Assembly (NCBI GenBank): GCA_021791545.1
Contig: JAJYWL010000007.1
Coordinates: forward strand, 3,972 to 67,971
DNA from: a bacterium
GTDB lineage: Bacteria > Patescibacteriota > Microgenomatia > Levybacterales > UBA12049
DNA length: 64,000 nucleotides
Reading direction: 5' to 3'
Shown: positions 1 through 8,029 of the stretch, in pieces
How positions within the stretch are numbered: the stretch's first letter is position 1
Layout: each line of letters starts with the position of its first letter
Notes under the pieces: generated by a model
What the model was told of the DNA's origin: nothing
Databases searched by the model: none
The model's input: the letters and a program-made list of their open reading frames with translations, nothing else
Program-made: the position numbers and the translations under genes

Positions 1-900
1 AGGATGATCATTAGGTCCTCGTTCAATCTTTATTTCATGGGCTTGTTCTCCCTGTGCTGAAGCACCTAGGTTGAATACAAAAGCGACTTTTACATCGTGT
101 TGTGCATCTGTTTTAGGTAATTCTACAGAGAAGTCACCAAACTTGCTTGCTGTATAGACAATAGGCGTGTCGGTTCCGTCCCATGTAAGTTGCTTTCCTG
201 TATCAGGATCGACAGGAATAATTTGCTGGCCTGCTTCTAAACCTTTAAAGGTATATTGCATCTTCCAGTTGTTATCTACCTGTCCTGTGCCGTTTATTAG
301 GCCATCATTTTGATGTTTTCCTAATTGCATGACACCGAATTCAACTAAACCTCCATTGTCTGCAACGATAACTGTTTCTCCAACAGCACCGTGAGTTGTA
401 AGGTGAGCTGCTCCTGACTGTAATTCTTTGAAGGCAACCGGACACCAAGGTCCAATTCCTCTCCAATCGAATTTTGCATTTGCCTCAAATTCGTCATATG
501 CAGGTAAGAACCATTGTCCTTCCTGATATTTTGCGAATTTTCCTCCATCTATAAAGCTTCTTACCAAATCGCCTGAAACTTTTTGAGGTTCAGGGATTAC
601 AAGCAATTGAGCTCCTTGTGGTAATTGTTCTGCTCCTGTTGAAGGCATTGGGCTTTCAATAGGTGAAGCCGAAGGGAAGACAAGTGTTCCGGATCCTGAA
701 GGAAGCGGAATTTCTTGGCTTTGACTTGGCATAGCAGAAGTTATAGGTGAAACTTCGGGAGAGCCGGATGGCATAGGAGATCCTCCTGTGTCAGCGTTAG
801 TTACCATTTTAACAGGTCCAAATTCGGAACCTATCATTCCTGCAACTATTCCTGCTCCTGCAACCAAACCAGCGACTCCAATTTTTTCGTTTCTAGTCAT
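1..900 (-). CDS. Hypothetical membrane-anchored or secreted protein. Partial: the start codon is at 900 and the C-terminus runs off the window start.
   Basis: Manual translation of the minus strand from an ATG (reverse complement of 898-900) gives MTRNEKIGVAGLVAGAGIVAGMIGSEF... (N-terminal hydrophobic anchor). The frame stays open to position 1. It overlaps the stop of the 900..1652 ORF by 1 nt. It is absent from the ORF track, presumably because there is no stop in the window. Confidence 0.5.
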   Translation of the reverse strand, partial: MTRNEKIGVAGLVAGAGIVAGMIGSEFGPVKMVTNADTGGSPMPSGSPEVSPITSAMPSQSQEIPLPSGSGTLVFPSASPIESPMPSTGAEQLPQGAQLLVIPEPQKVSGDLVRSFIDGGKFAKYQEGQWFLPAYDEFEANAKFDWRGIGPWCPVAFKELQSGAAHLTTHGAVGETVIVADNGGLVEFGVMQLGKHQNDGLINGTGQVDNNWKMQYTFKGLEAGQQIIPVDPDTGKQLTWDGTDTPIVYTASKFGDFSVELPKTDAQHDVKVAFVFNLGASAQGEQAHEIKIERGPNDHP

Positions 901-1652
901 TATTTCTCACCCCCCTTTTTCATTAGGTTCATCTTGGTTTTCTTAATTAAGCTAAATCCTGCTCCTGCCAAAGGGAGAAGGGAAATGAGGGCAAGATCAT
1001 TAGGTCCCGTAGGAGGTGTTACCTTAAGCTGAGACGGTGGAGCAACCGTAGGTGATGGAGTTACAGTAACTGTGTTTTGAATACAGAACTGACTTGAAGA
1101 AGTGTTTGTCATTCCGTTATTGTCTGTTCCTGTTGCTTGGTTTATAAGACAGCTGACTCCAGATGAAAGGTTAGATGAGCCTGTAATTTTTAAAGTAAGG
1201 TTATATGTTTTACTCTGTCCTGCTCCTATATTAGTAGCAGTGAAAGTAAGCGTGTTATTTGAAGAGTTGAATGTAGAACCAGCTCCGGATACAAAGCTTA
1301 CAAATTGGGGAAGAGTATCGGTTACGGTCATAGAAGGGATATTTTGGCTTCCTGTATTTGTAACTACGATCTGGAAGTTTACGTTTTGTCCTGGTGAGAA
1401 TTTAGGATCGTTAATAGAGAAGCTATTAACATAGTTTCCACCGTTAGGTCCCTGTACGAATTTTTGGATAGTGAAGGTGTTTGTGCATGAAGTGCCTCCT
1501 CCGTAGACTGTTGTACAGTCTGCCAGGGCTTTTGGAGCACTAAACAGTGATACTAAAATTAAAGATAAACCTAATAGAATTAATTTCTTCATAAAGTTCA
1601 AAGAATAAATCACTGGAGGCCAGAGTATACCACATATTATAGGCTTTGTCAA
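900..1652 (-). CDS. Cell-surface protein with an N-terminal signal peptide, DUF11-like conserved repeat domain, and a C-terminal sorting-signal-like tail.
   Basis: Signal peptide MKKLILLGLSLILVSLFSAPKALA. A beta-rich T/S/N region (TVTDTLPQFVSFVSGAGSTFN...TYNLTLKI) resembles DUF11. The C-terminus is TPPTGPND, then a hydrophobic stretch (LALISLLPLAGAGFSLI), then KKTK, which is sortase-substrate-like. A sortase gene lies at 45058. Confidence 0.55.
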   Translation of the reverse strand: MTKPIICGILWPPVIYSLNFMKKLILLGLSLILVSLFSAPKALADCTTVYGGGTSCTNTFTIQKFVQGPNGGNYVNSFSINDPKFSPGQNVNFQIVVTNTGSQNIPSMTVTDTLPQFVSFVSGAGSTFNSSNNTLTFTATNIGAGQSKTYNLTLKITGSSNLSSGVSCLINQATGTDNNGMTNTSSSQFCIQNTVTVTPSPTVAPPSQLKVTPPTGPNDLALISLLPLAGAGFSLIKKTKMNLMKKGGEK

Positions 1653-1832
1653 TCAGATTATGGTCGGGCTATAGTACGTTTTAAGCTCTTCCGTTTCCCT
1701 CTTGACAAGCATAAATGGATATAGTTTAATATGAATTGCTTTTAATTAATCTTCAAAAGCATTCCCTAAAGTCACATGAACGGAATTTTCTATATTTAAG
1801 GTCGCCCAAAAAGCGTTTTTTGGCACAAAATT

Positions 1833-3134
1833 ATGGTAGACAAGAAAAAAACAGAACTACAGGAAGAAACAAAGCCTACATCAGTAGAGGATATAGTAGG
1901 ACAACCTCAGGAAGAGACTCCCGAACCAAAGGTAGAGGAGGCTAAAACTGAGGATGTTAAGGTTGAGGAACCAGCTCCTGTTCAGAAACCAAGATACGAA
2001 GATAGATATGAACAGCAACAGCAGATAACAACTCCCGTTAAGGGCATCTTAGATATCCAGCCTGAAGGACACGGATTTTTAAGGCCAAGGTTTATTCCTT
2101 CCCAAAGAGACATATATATCTCTCAATCACAGATAAGAAGATTTTTATTAAGACCAGGGGATATGGTAGAGGGTGTAGGTAGACCTCCTAAAGATACTGA
2201 AAGATATTTTGGTCTTTTGAAGGTAGAAAAAGTAAATGGATTGCCTGCAGAAGAATCCTTAAACAGACCATATTTTGATGAACTCACGCCAATTTATCCT
2301 AAAAAACAGATTAAATTAACCACGGGAAAGACTCCTTTATCTACAAGAATAATCGATCTCATTGCTCCTATTGGATTTGGACAAAGAGGAATGATTGTGT
2401 CTCCTCCTAAAGCAGGAAAGACGACAATATTAAAAGAATTAGCAGCAGGAATCACCGCTAATTTCCCTGACGTACACTTAATGGCAGCCTTAATCGGTGA
2501 AAGACCCGAGGAAGTAACAGACATCTCAAGTTCGGTAAGAGGAGACGTAATAGCATCAAACTTTGATGAACCGCCGGAGAATCAGACAAGAGTTGCTGAT
2601 ATTGCTTTGGAAAGAGCCAAAAGACTCGTAGAGCAGGGAATAGACGTAATCATACTTTTAGATTCAATTACAAGGCTTGCAAGAGCATACAATCTTTCTG
2701 TTGCACCTTCGGGAAGAACTTTATCCGGAGGATTTGATCCTGCAGCTTTATGGCCTGCAAAGAGATTCTTTGGAGCAGCCAGAAACTGTCAGGAAGGTGG
2801 AAGCTTAACAATTATAGGAACAGCTTTGGTAGATACGGGTTCAAGAATGGACGATCTTATATATGAAGAGTTCAAGGGAACGGGAAACATGGAGCTTCAT
2901 CTTGACAGAAAACTTGCAGAAAAAAGAGTATATCCGTCAATTGATATAGAGAAATCCGGAACCAGACAGGAAGAGCTTATCTTCAAGCCAGAAGATCTTA
3001 GTAAGATAGTAACAATGAGAAGAATGTTATACATGCTTGGAGAAGACGAGAGAACAGCTTTATTTATAGAACAACTTTCAAAAACTGACACAAATGAGGA
3101 GTTTCTGGAAAAACTCGGAAAAGGCAAAGTTTAG
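1833..3134 (+). CDS. rho: Transcription termination factor Rho, with an E/K-rich N-terminal extension.
   Basis: RNA-binding and ATPase motifs: [60 protein letters not shown]. Length is 433 aa. Confidence 0.95.
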   Translation: MVDKKKTELQEETKPTSVEDIVGQPQEETPEPKVEEAKTEDVKVEEPAPVQKPRYEDRYEQQQQITTPVKGILDIQPEGHGFLRPRFIPSQRDIYISQSQIRRFLLRPGDMVEGVGRPPKDTERYFGLLKVEKVNGLPAEESLNRPYFDELTPIYPKKQIKLTTGKTPLSTRIIDLIAPIGFGQRGMIVSPPKAGKTTILKELAAGITANFPDVHLMAALIGERPEEVTDISSSVRGDVIASNFDEPPENQTRVADIALERAKRLVEQGIDVIILLDSITRLARAYNLSVAPSGRTLSGGFDPAALWPAKRFFGAARNCQEGGSLTIIGTALVDTGSRMDDLIYEEFKGTGNMELHLDRKLAEKRVYPSIDIEKSGTRQEELIFKPEDLSKIVTMRRMLYMLGEDERTALFIEQLSKTDTNEEFLEKLGKGKV

Positions 3135-3388
3135 CCTCAAAACGTTGACTTCTTAGCAATTTTCTGCTATCATTTTTTCCCGTAATGCATAAGCGTTTCA
3201 GCCTATCATTTCTGTCCGTCCTTAGGTTCCTGCACGACTTCTCGGATTTTTCCAAGGTTTTCTACTCATACTTAAAAAACAAACTTATTAAGATCTCAAT
3301 TATTTTTGAGAATTACAAAAATTCACTTGTAAAGCTGTTTACGATAAAAAGAGGACGATACACACGTCCTTTTTTACATTTAGCCACA

Positions 3389-4309
3389 ATGGGAGTCTTG
3401 GGTGTAGGAGTAATTTCTGCTCCTTTTCTGGCCAGCACTTATCCCGTATTTTCCTCTAACGCTTCTACTTCATCGGCAGTAACAAATCTTTCAGGACAAC
3501 AGTCGATTACGGTAGGAGAAAATGTATTCCAGACCGATGTTTCTCAAAAACCTAGAGACAAAACAATAACCTATACGGTTCAAAGAGGAGACACAATCTC
3601 AACAATTGCCCAAAAGTTTGGAATTTCGACAGATACTATTAAATGGGAGAATGATTTAACAGACGATAGCCTTAGTGTAGGAGATACGTTAAGAATACTT
3701 CCAGTTTCGGGAATCTCATATAAGGTTCAAAGCGGTGATACAGTCTATACTATTGCTAAGAAGTTTGATACAGAAGCACAGAAGATTGTAGATTTTCCGT
3801 TTAACGATTTTGCAAATCCTGAAACCTTTTCCTTGGTAACAGGACAGATGCTTCTCGTACCTGATGGAATTAAGCCTTCCGAGCAGCCTTATGTCAAACA
3901 TGAAGTCTATGTAGCTCAAGGTCCTACTACTTCATTCGGCTCCGGAGGATTTACATGGCCGGTTCATGGAATAGTTACACAGTTTGCTTCCTGGTATCAT
4001 ATGGCTTTGGATTTGGCGGCTCCTATAGGTACTCCTATCGTTGCCGCAAGAAGCGGTAGAGTAGTCCAGGTAAATACGGGAGGATGGGATTATGGATACG
4101 GAAACGATGTAATAATAGACCATGGTGATGGAACTACGTCTCTTTATGCCCATATGGAAGCTGTAAATGTAAGTGCAGGGCAGACAGTAACAGGTGGAAG
4201 TAGTGTAATAGGATGGATAGGTATGACCGGAAGAACAACAGGACCTCATGTTCATTTTGAAATTAGAAAGAACGGAGTAACCGTTAATCCTATGTTATAT
4301 CTCCAGTAA
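3389..4309 (+). CDS. LysM-domain M23 family metallopeptidase (peptidoglycan hydrolase).
   Basis: Two LysM repeats (YTVQRGDTISTIAQKFGIS..., YKVQSGDTVYTIAKKFDT...). M23 motifs are HMALDLAAPIGTPIVAARSGRV, DHGDGTTSLYAHM and GRTTGPHVHFEI. The ORF track starts at 3185, but that 68-aa extension overlaps the rho 3' region and is low-complexity. The Met at 3389 precedes the hydrophobic signal MGVLGVGVISAPFLAST. Confidence 0.85.
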   Translation: MGVLGVGVISAPFLASTYPVFSSNASTSSAVTNLSGQQSITVGENVFQTDVSQKPRDKTITYTVQRGDTISTIAQKFGISTDTIKWENDLTDDSLSVGDTLRILPVSGISYKVQSGDTVYTIAKKFDTEAQKIVDFPFNDFANPETFSLVTGQMLLVPDGIKPSEQPYVKHEVYVAQGPTTSFGSGGFTWPVHGIVTQFASWYHMALDLAAPIGTPIVAARSGRVVQVNTGGWDYGYGNDVIIDHGDGTTSLYAHMEAVNVSAGQTVTGGSSVIGWIGMTGRTTGPHVHFEIRKNGVTVNPMLYLQ

Positions 4310-4312
4310 TAG

Positions 4313-4383
4313 TGGACTTACCGAGAATCGAACTCGGAACTGTACAATGCGAATGTACCGGTATACCATTTACCTATAAGCCC
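4313..4383 (-). tRNA. tRNA-Ala (anticodon CGC).
   Basis: Hand-folded reverse complement: acceptor GGGCUUA/UAAGUCC with G3:U70. D-arm GGUA-AAUGGUA-UACC. Anticodon stem GUACA/UGUAC with loop UUCGCAU. T-arm CCGAG-UUCGAUU-CUCGG. Discriminator A. CCA is not encoded. Confidence 0.8.
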
Positions 4384-4421
4384 CAGAGTATAATAACAGT
4401 AAATTAAAGATAAAATCAAGC

Positions 4422-4450
4422 TTGCACATGGAATATCACTGGAGTACAAT
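4422..4450 (+). promoter_or_regulatory. Sigma-70-like promoter (TTGCAC-N17-TACAAT) driving the leaderless 4457 gene.
   Basis: Read directly from the sequence. The -10 hexamer ends 6 nt upstream of the ATG at 4457. Confidence 0.5.
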
Positions 4451-4456
4451 TTATAT

Positions 4457-5161
4457 ATGTTTTATGAGAAGAATTTAAAAGAGGAGGCGATAAAACTTAG
4501 ATTAAAAGGATTTACTTATACTGAAATTAATAAAGAGTTGGGAATTATTATACCTAAGGGAACATTAAATGCTTGGTTAAAGAAGGTTTCTCTCCCGGAT
4601 AACTATAAAGAAAGAATAAAAAAGATTAATAATTTAAATTTAGATAAGGCAAGGACAAAAGCTTTAAAAGTGAATAAATTAAAAAGGGAAGAGTATTTAA
4701 GGTCTTTAGATAAGCTGAATATTGAAATAAGTGAAAGGATTAAAAATCCAGCTATTGGAAAAATAGCTTTAGCAATGCTGTGTTTGGGAGAAGCAAGTAA
4801 ATACAAAAGCGGGAGATCATTTAACCTTGGTAGCTCAGACCCTAAAATAATCAAAATATTTTTGGAGTTGTTAAGGACATGTTTTAGCTTTAAAACTTCA
4901 AAAATAAGGTGTACCGTCCAATGTAGAGCTGATCAAGATCTAAATCAATTGGAAAAGTTCTGGATGGAGATTACAGATATCCCTAGGGAACAGTTCTATA
5001 AACCTCAAATAGACAAAAGAACCATAGGAAAGCCAACACTAAAGGAGGATTATAAAGGAGTATTAAGAGTTGATTATTTAGACAGAAATGTTCAATTAGA
5101 GCTAGAATCGTTGGCAAATTTGATATATAATCAATTGAATTCCAAAGGGCCCGAAGTTTAA
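4457..5161 (+). CDS. HTH-containing LAGLIDADG-like homing-endonuclease family protein. Paralog of 44312..44932.
   Basis: N-terminal HTH (TYTEINKELGIIIPKGTLNAWLKK). The core LAMLCLGEASKYKSGRSFNLGSSDPKIIKIFLELLRTCF aligns with YWAEGNKKDFMLSNTDPKLIKVFVEGLRNIF of the paralog. This is a degenerate LAGLIDADG-type motif (L..GE.S / WAEG). Promoter TTGCAC-N17-TACAAT lies at 4422-4450 and ends 6 nt before the ATG, so the start is leaderless. The 3' end overlaps tRNA-Ala(GGC) by 15 nt. Confidence 0.45.
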   Translation: MFYEKNLKEEAIKLRLKGFTYTEINKELGIIIPKGTLNAWLKKVSLPDNYKERIKKINNLNLDKARTKALKVNKLKREEYLRSLDKLNIEISERIKNPAIGKIALAMLCLGEASKYKSGRSFNLGSSDPKIIKIFLELLRTCFSFKTSKIRCTVQCRADQDLNQLEKFWMEITDIPREQFYKPQIDKRTIGKPTLKEDYKGVLRVDYLDRNVQLELESLANLIYNQLNSKGPEV

Positions 5162-5219
5162 ATGGTTGAACATTTGGCTGGCAGCCAGAGGGTAGCGGGT
5201 TCGATCCCCGTCGGGTCCA
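5147..5219 (+). tRNA. tRNA-Ala (anticodon GGC).
   Basis: Acceptor GGGCCCG/CGGGUCC with G3:U70. D-arm GUUU-AAAUGGUU-GAAC. Anticodon stem UUUGG/CCAGA with loop CUGGCAG. T-arm GCGGG-UUCGAUC-CCCGU. Discriminator A. No encoded CCA. Confidence 0.8.
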
Positions 5220-5396
5220 CAATTTCCACCAAACTTGCTATTTATCCTCAAAACCTATATACTCCAAATAGATGAACAGGGAACCAATCACTTCTCTCTG
5301 AATGAGCGAGGAAAGTTGACCCCAAGAATATGATCAGAGAGGAGGTGACATTTAAGATAGTTAAATAGCAGCTAAAACTGCTTAACTAACCTCAAT

Positions 5397-5693
5397 ATGG
5401 ATTTTCAAGACAAAACATTAGTATGTAGAGATTGCGGTAAAGAATTTACATGGACCGCATCCGAACAAGATTTTTATCAGAAAAAGGGTTTTACAAACGA
5501 ACCAGTTAGATGCCCAGATTGCAGAGCTTTGAAAAAAGCTAGAATGAACGAGGGCAGAGGAGGAGGACCAAGACAGTCTTTTGAAATAACTTGCGCACAA
5601 TGCGGAAGAAAAGACACTGTTCCTTTCCAGCCTAAAGGTGATAGGCCGGTTCTTTGCAGAGATTGTTTCAGAAGCAAGAGACCTACAGCATAA
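5397..5693 (+). CDS. Duplicated CxxC zinc-ribbon protein.
   Basis: Two CxxC...CxxC modules: CRDCGKEF...RCPDCR and CAQCGRKD...LCRDCF. Basic, 98 aa. Confidence 0.7.
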   Translation: MDFQDKTLVCRDCGKEFTWTASEQDFYQKKGFTNEPVRCPDCRALKKARMNEGRGGGPRQSFEITCAQCGRKDTVPFQPKGDRPVLCRDCFRSKRPTA

Positions 5694-5763
5694 GATAACT
5701 CCAGAAATTAGAATCTCGTAAGTTGATTTTATTATTTTTTGTGGTTTTACTTATCCAAAAGAT

Positions 5764-5791
5764 TCCCAATGTCCAAAATTGGGATTTTTTT
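5764..5791. terminator. Rho-independent bidirectional terminator between convergent genes.
   Basis: Hairpin tcccaat-gtccaaa-attggga followed by a T7 run. It lies between the zinc-ribbon gene (+) and the Wzy-like gene (-). Confidence 0.6.
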
Positions 5792-5833
5792 GTGGCATAA
5801 ATAAGGTAAGTAAGCTAAATATTTATTTTCAGA

Positions 5834-7954
5834 TTAAGGAGTAGGGGAAGGAGTGATAGTTAATCCGCCTTCGGTTGTTGCCGGTGTAGGAGTAGCGCTT
5901 ACTTTAGGTGTAGGGCTAACGGAAGGAGCAGGAATCTTTACCTGAGGATTCTGAGCCGGAAGTTTTGCAGAAGGTTCGTTTACTTTAAGTGTTTTTGAAC
6001 TAGCGGCTTCATTTTGTGCTGTTCCTTGATCTATCTGTTTTTGCAAGTCTGCTATTTCAGCATTTATCTTATCCAAGCTTGCTTTATCTTTCTGTACCAG
6101 CTGTTTTACCGTAAGAAGTTGTGTTTGGGCTCCTTTAAGATCTCCTTTTTGAATCAATGTATGGGCAAGATTATAGTATGCGTTAGCAAAGTCAGGTTTA
6201 AGGTTTGCTGCTGTTTGGAACTGTTCCTGGGCTTTATCCCATTGTCCGAGTTGATAGTATATTCCTCCCAAGTTTATATACTCCTGAGGATTATTAGGAT
6301 CAAGCATTGTTGCTTGCTGTGCTGTTGAGATGGCGAATGCATCTGCATTCTGACCGAATCCGATCAAACTTCTGTATATTGATGAAAGGTTCTGCCAGTT
6401 TGTTGCATCTTGTGGAGCAAGGGTAGTTGCCTGTCTTCCTGCGTTTATAGACTGCTGGATCAAGGTATAGATTGTCTGCTGTGTTTGTGCGCTTGGAGTC
6501 GCTCCTTTTGGTACAGAATTTGCCAATGAGTTGGCGAGTGCAAGGTTTGTTTGAGAGAACAATCTATAATATGAGTCATTGTTGTTAAACATACCGATTG
6601 CTTGATTCTGTAGTGTGTATGTTTGAGATCCGTTGTTTGCGGCAGCCGCAACTAATGATTTTTCAAATATTATGTTTGAATTGAGATAGTTAAAGCTTAC
6701 ATATCCTACTCCTAATGTAAATAGAAGTATTAACCCGAAAACTACATATGAAAGAATAGGGCTTATTCCTCTTTCTCTTCCGTCTACTGCCGATATTGCA
6801 AAGATACCTTTTTTGAATTGCACAAGCTGGAGTTCAACATCAAAGTATTTTCTTTCGTGTTTCAATCCCATGATTGCTGCATAGAGACCAAGAAGAATGA
6901 AGATAAGGGATGTTAATACGAAAGAGAAGGGCAATATGAATGCTGCAGCGAGTAAAAGAACCAATGGGATAAATAATGGTCTTTCTTTGACTGCTTTATA
7001 GCAAAGAAGTAGGAATGAGAGAAGGCCTAATAATCCGGTTGTTGCCAAGAGTTCCAATACTAAGCTTGAGCTCCTATAGAATGTAAGGGTCCATAGGGAT
7101 TGGTTAAGATTAAATGCTGCAGGTTTGAATCTCGTAAAGTCGTAAACATACGTTCCGTATCCAGAACCGAAGAGGAAGCCCTGAAGAATTCTTCCTGCAT
7201 CTTGAGATATGGCTGCAAATGCTGTCTGGAATCCTACAGATATTGGAAGAAGAACAGGGTTTTGAACAAAAACCATCTGATAAACTGATACTAAAAGCCC
7301 TATTAATATAGCGATTGATCCTATTCCTAGTCCTAATACCTGTACTCCGTCCGATTTTAGTTTCTCTCTATTTGAAACGTATGGAGAGAGAAGATATGCT
7401 CCTACTCCTAAGGCCATTAACAAATAGACGGCGAGGTCTAGGGTAGTGCCCATTGTAGTAAAACCTTGAACCTTTGCGAAATCAAACGGGAAAACATAAA
7501 CCTTAAAGAAGGAAAGAAGAGAAATAAGACCAGAAAGAGCAGCTCCTCCCAAGAAGCTATATAAAATTGCAAGAACCGATTTATGATCCTTTGCGTTATT
7601 TACAATAGCAAAGTAGGAAAGTGCTGCAAAAAGGAAAGGAACAAAGTTAATAAAAGAATTGACTCTGTTTAAAGAAAATACGCTTGAAAGAAGTACGGAT
7701 ACTATTAATAAGACAATAGGAAGATCAAAGACTGTTTTTCTCAATACCAATTTCTGCTGAAGAAGTACTTTTACCCCGAAAAGTAAAACCAGGACTAAAA
7801 TTGTGAAGGTTAGTATTGCTTGTTTAGGAAGTGTGAAAAAGTCTGTTGTGATTGAAGAGAAGGCGAGAGGAAATATGATCAATAATAATCCAACTAAAGC
7901 TGTTGAACTCTTGTCTAAATATTGGACTATATTGTTTTTAGTCTGCTCATCCAT
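5834..7954 (-). CDS. Polytopic membrane protein of O-antigen-ligase (Wzy_C)-like type with C-terminal TPR repeats and a P/T/S-rich tail.
   Basis: About 11 predicted TM helices in the first ~430 aa, then TPR-like repeats (YINLGGIYYQLGQWDKAQEQFQTAANLKPDFANAYYNLAHTLIQKGD), a coiled-coil, and a PT-rich C-terminus. It is co-directional with and immediately downstream of the giant surface-protein gene. Confidence 0.5.
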   Translation of the reverse strand: MDEQTKNNIVQYLDKSSTALVGLLLIIFPLAFSSITTDFFTLPKQAILTFTILVLVLLFGVKVLLQQKLVLRKTVFDLPIVLLIVSVLLSSVFSLNRVNSFINFVPFLFAALSYFAIVNNAKDHKSVLAILYSFLGGAALSGLISLLSFFKVYVFPFDFAKVQGFTTMGTTLDLAVYLLMALGVGAYLLSPYVSNREKLKSDGVQVLGLGIGSIAILIGLLVSVYQMVFVQNPVLLPISVGFQTAFAAISQDAGRILQGFLFGSGYGTYVYDFTRFKPAAFNLNQSLWTLTFYRSSSLVLELLATTGLLGLLSFLLLCYKAVKERPLFIPLVLLLAAAFILPFSFVLTSLIFILLGLYAAIMGLKHERKYFDVELQLVQFKKGIFAISAVDGRERGISPILSYVVFGLILLFTLGVGYVSFNYLNSNIIFEKSLVAAAANNGSQTYTLQNQAIGMFNNNDSYYRLFSQTNLALANSLANSVPKGATPSAQTQQTIYTLIQQSINAGRQATTLAPQDATNWQNLSSIYRSLIGFGQNADAFAISTAQQATMLDPNNPQEYINLGGIYYQLGQWDKAQEQFQTAANLKPDFANAYYNLAHTLIQKGDLKGAQTQLLTVKQLVQKDKASLDKINAEIADLQKQIDQGTAQNEAASSKTLKVNEPSAKLPAQNPQVKIPAPSVSPTPKVSATPTPATTEGGLTITPSPTP

Positions 7955-8029
7955 GTTAATAAAACTAATTTAACTGTTCAAAAATATAATGTCAAGGAGT
8001 AAATAGTAACTCCTTGTTCTTACTTATAT

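Noticed and set aside
345-548. 67-aa minus-strand ORF from the track.
   Set aside because: It lies inside the partial minus-strand CDS 1..900 in a different frame. The long frame (MTRNEKIGVAG...) is the better call.
1102-1434. 110-aa plus-strand ORF.
   Set aside because: Antisense to the 900..1652 surface-protein gene. Compositional artefact.
1736-1945. 69-aa basic ORF overlapping the rho start.
   Set aside because: It overlaps the rho start region in another frame. R/K-rich low complexity with no support.
3185-3388. Upstream 68-aa extension of the LysM/M23 peptidase ORF.
   Set aside because: The extension overlaps the rho terminator region and is low-complexity. The Met at 3389 precedes a signal peptide, so the start was moved.
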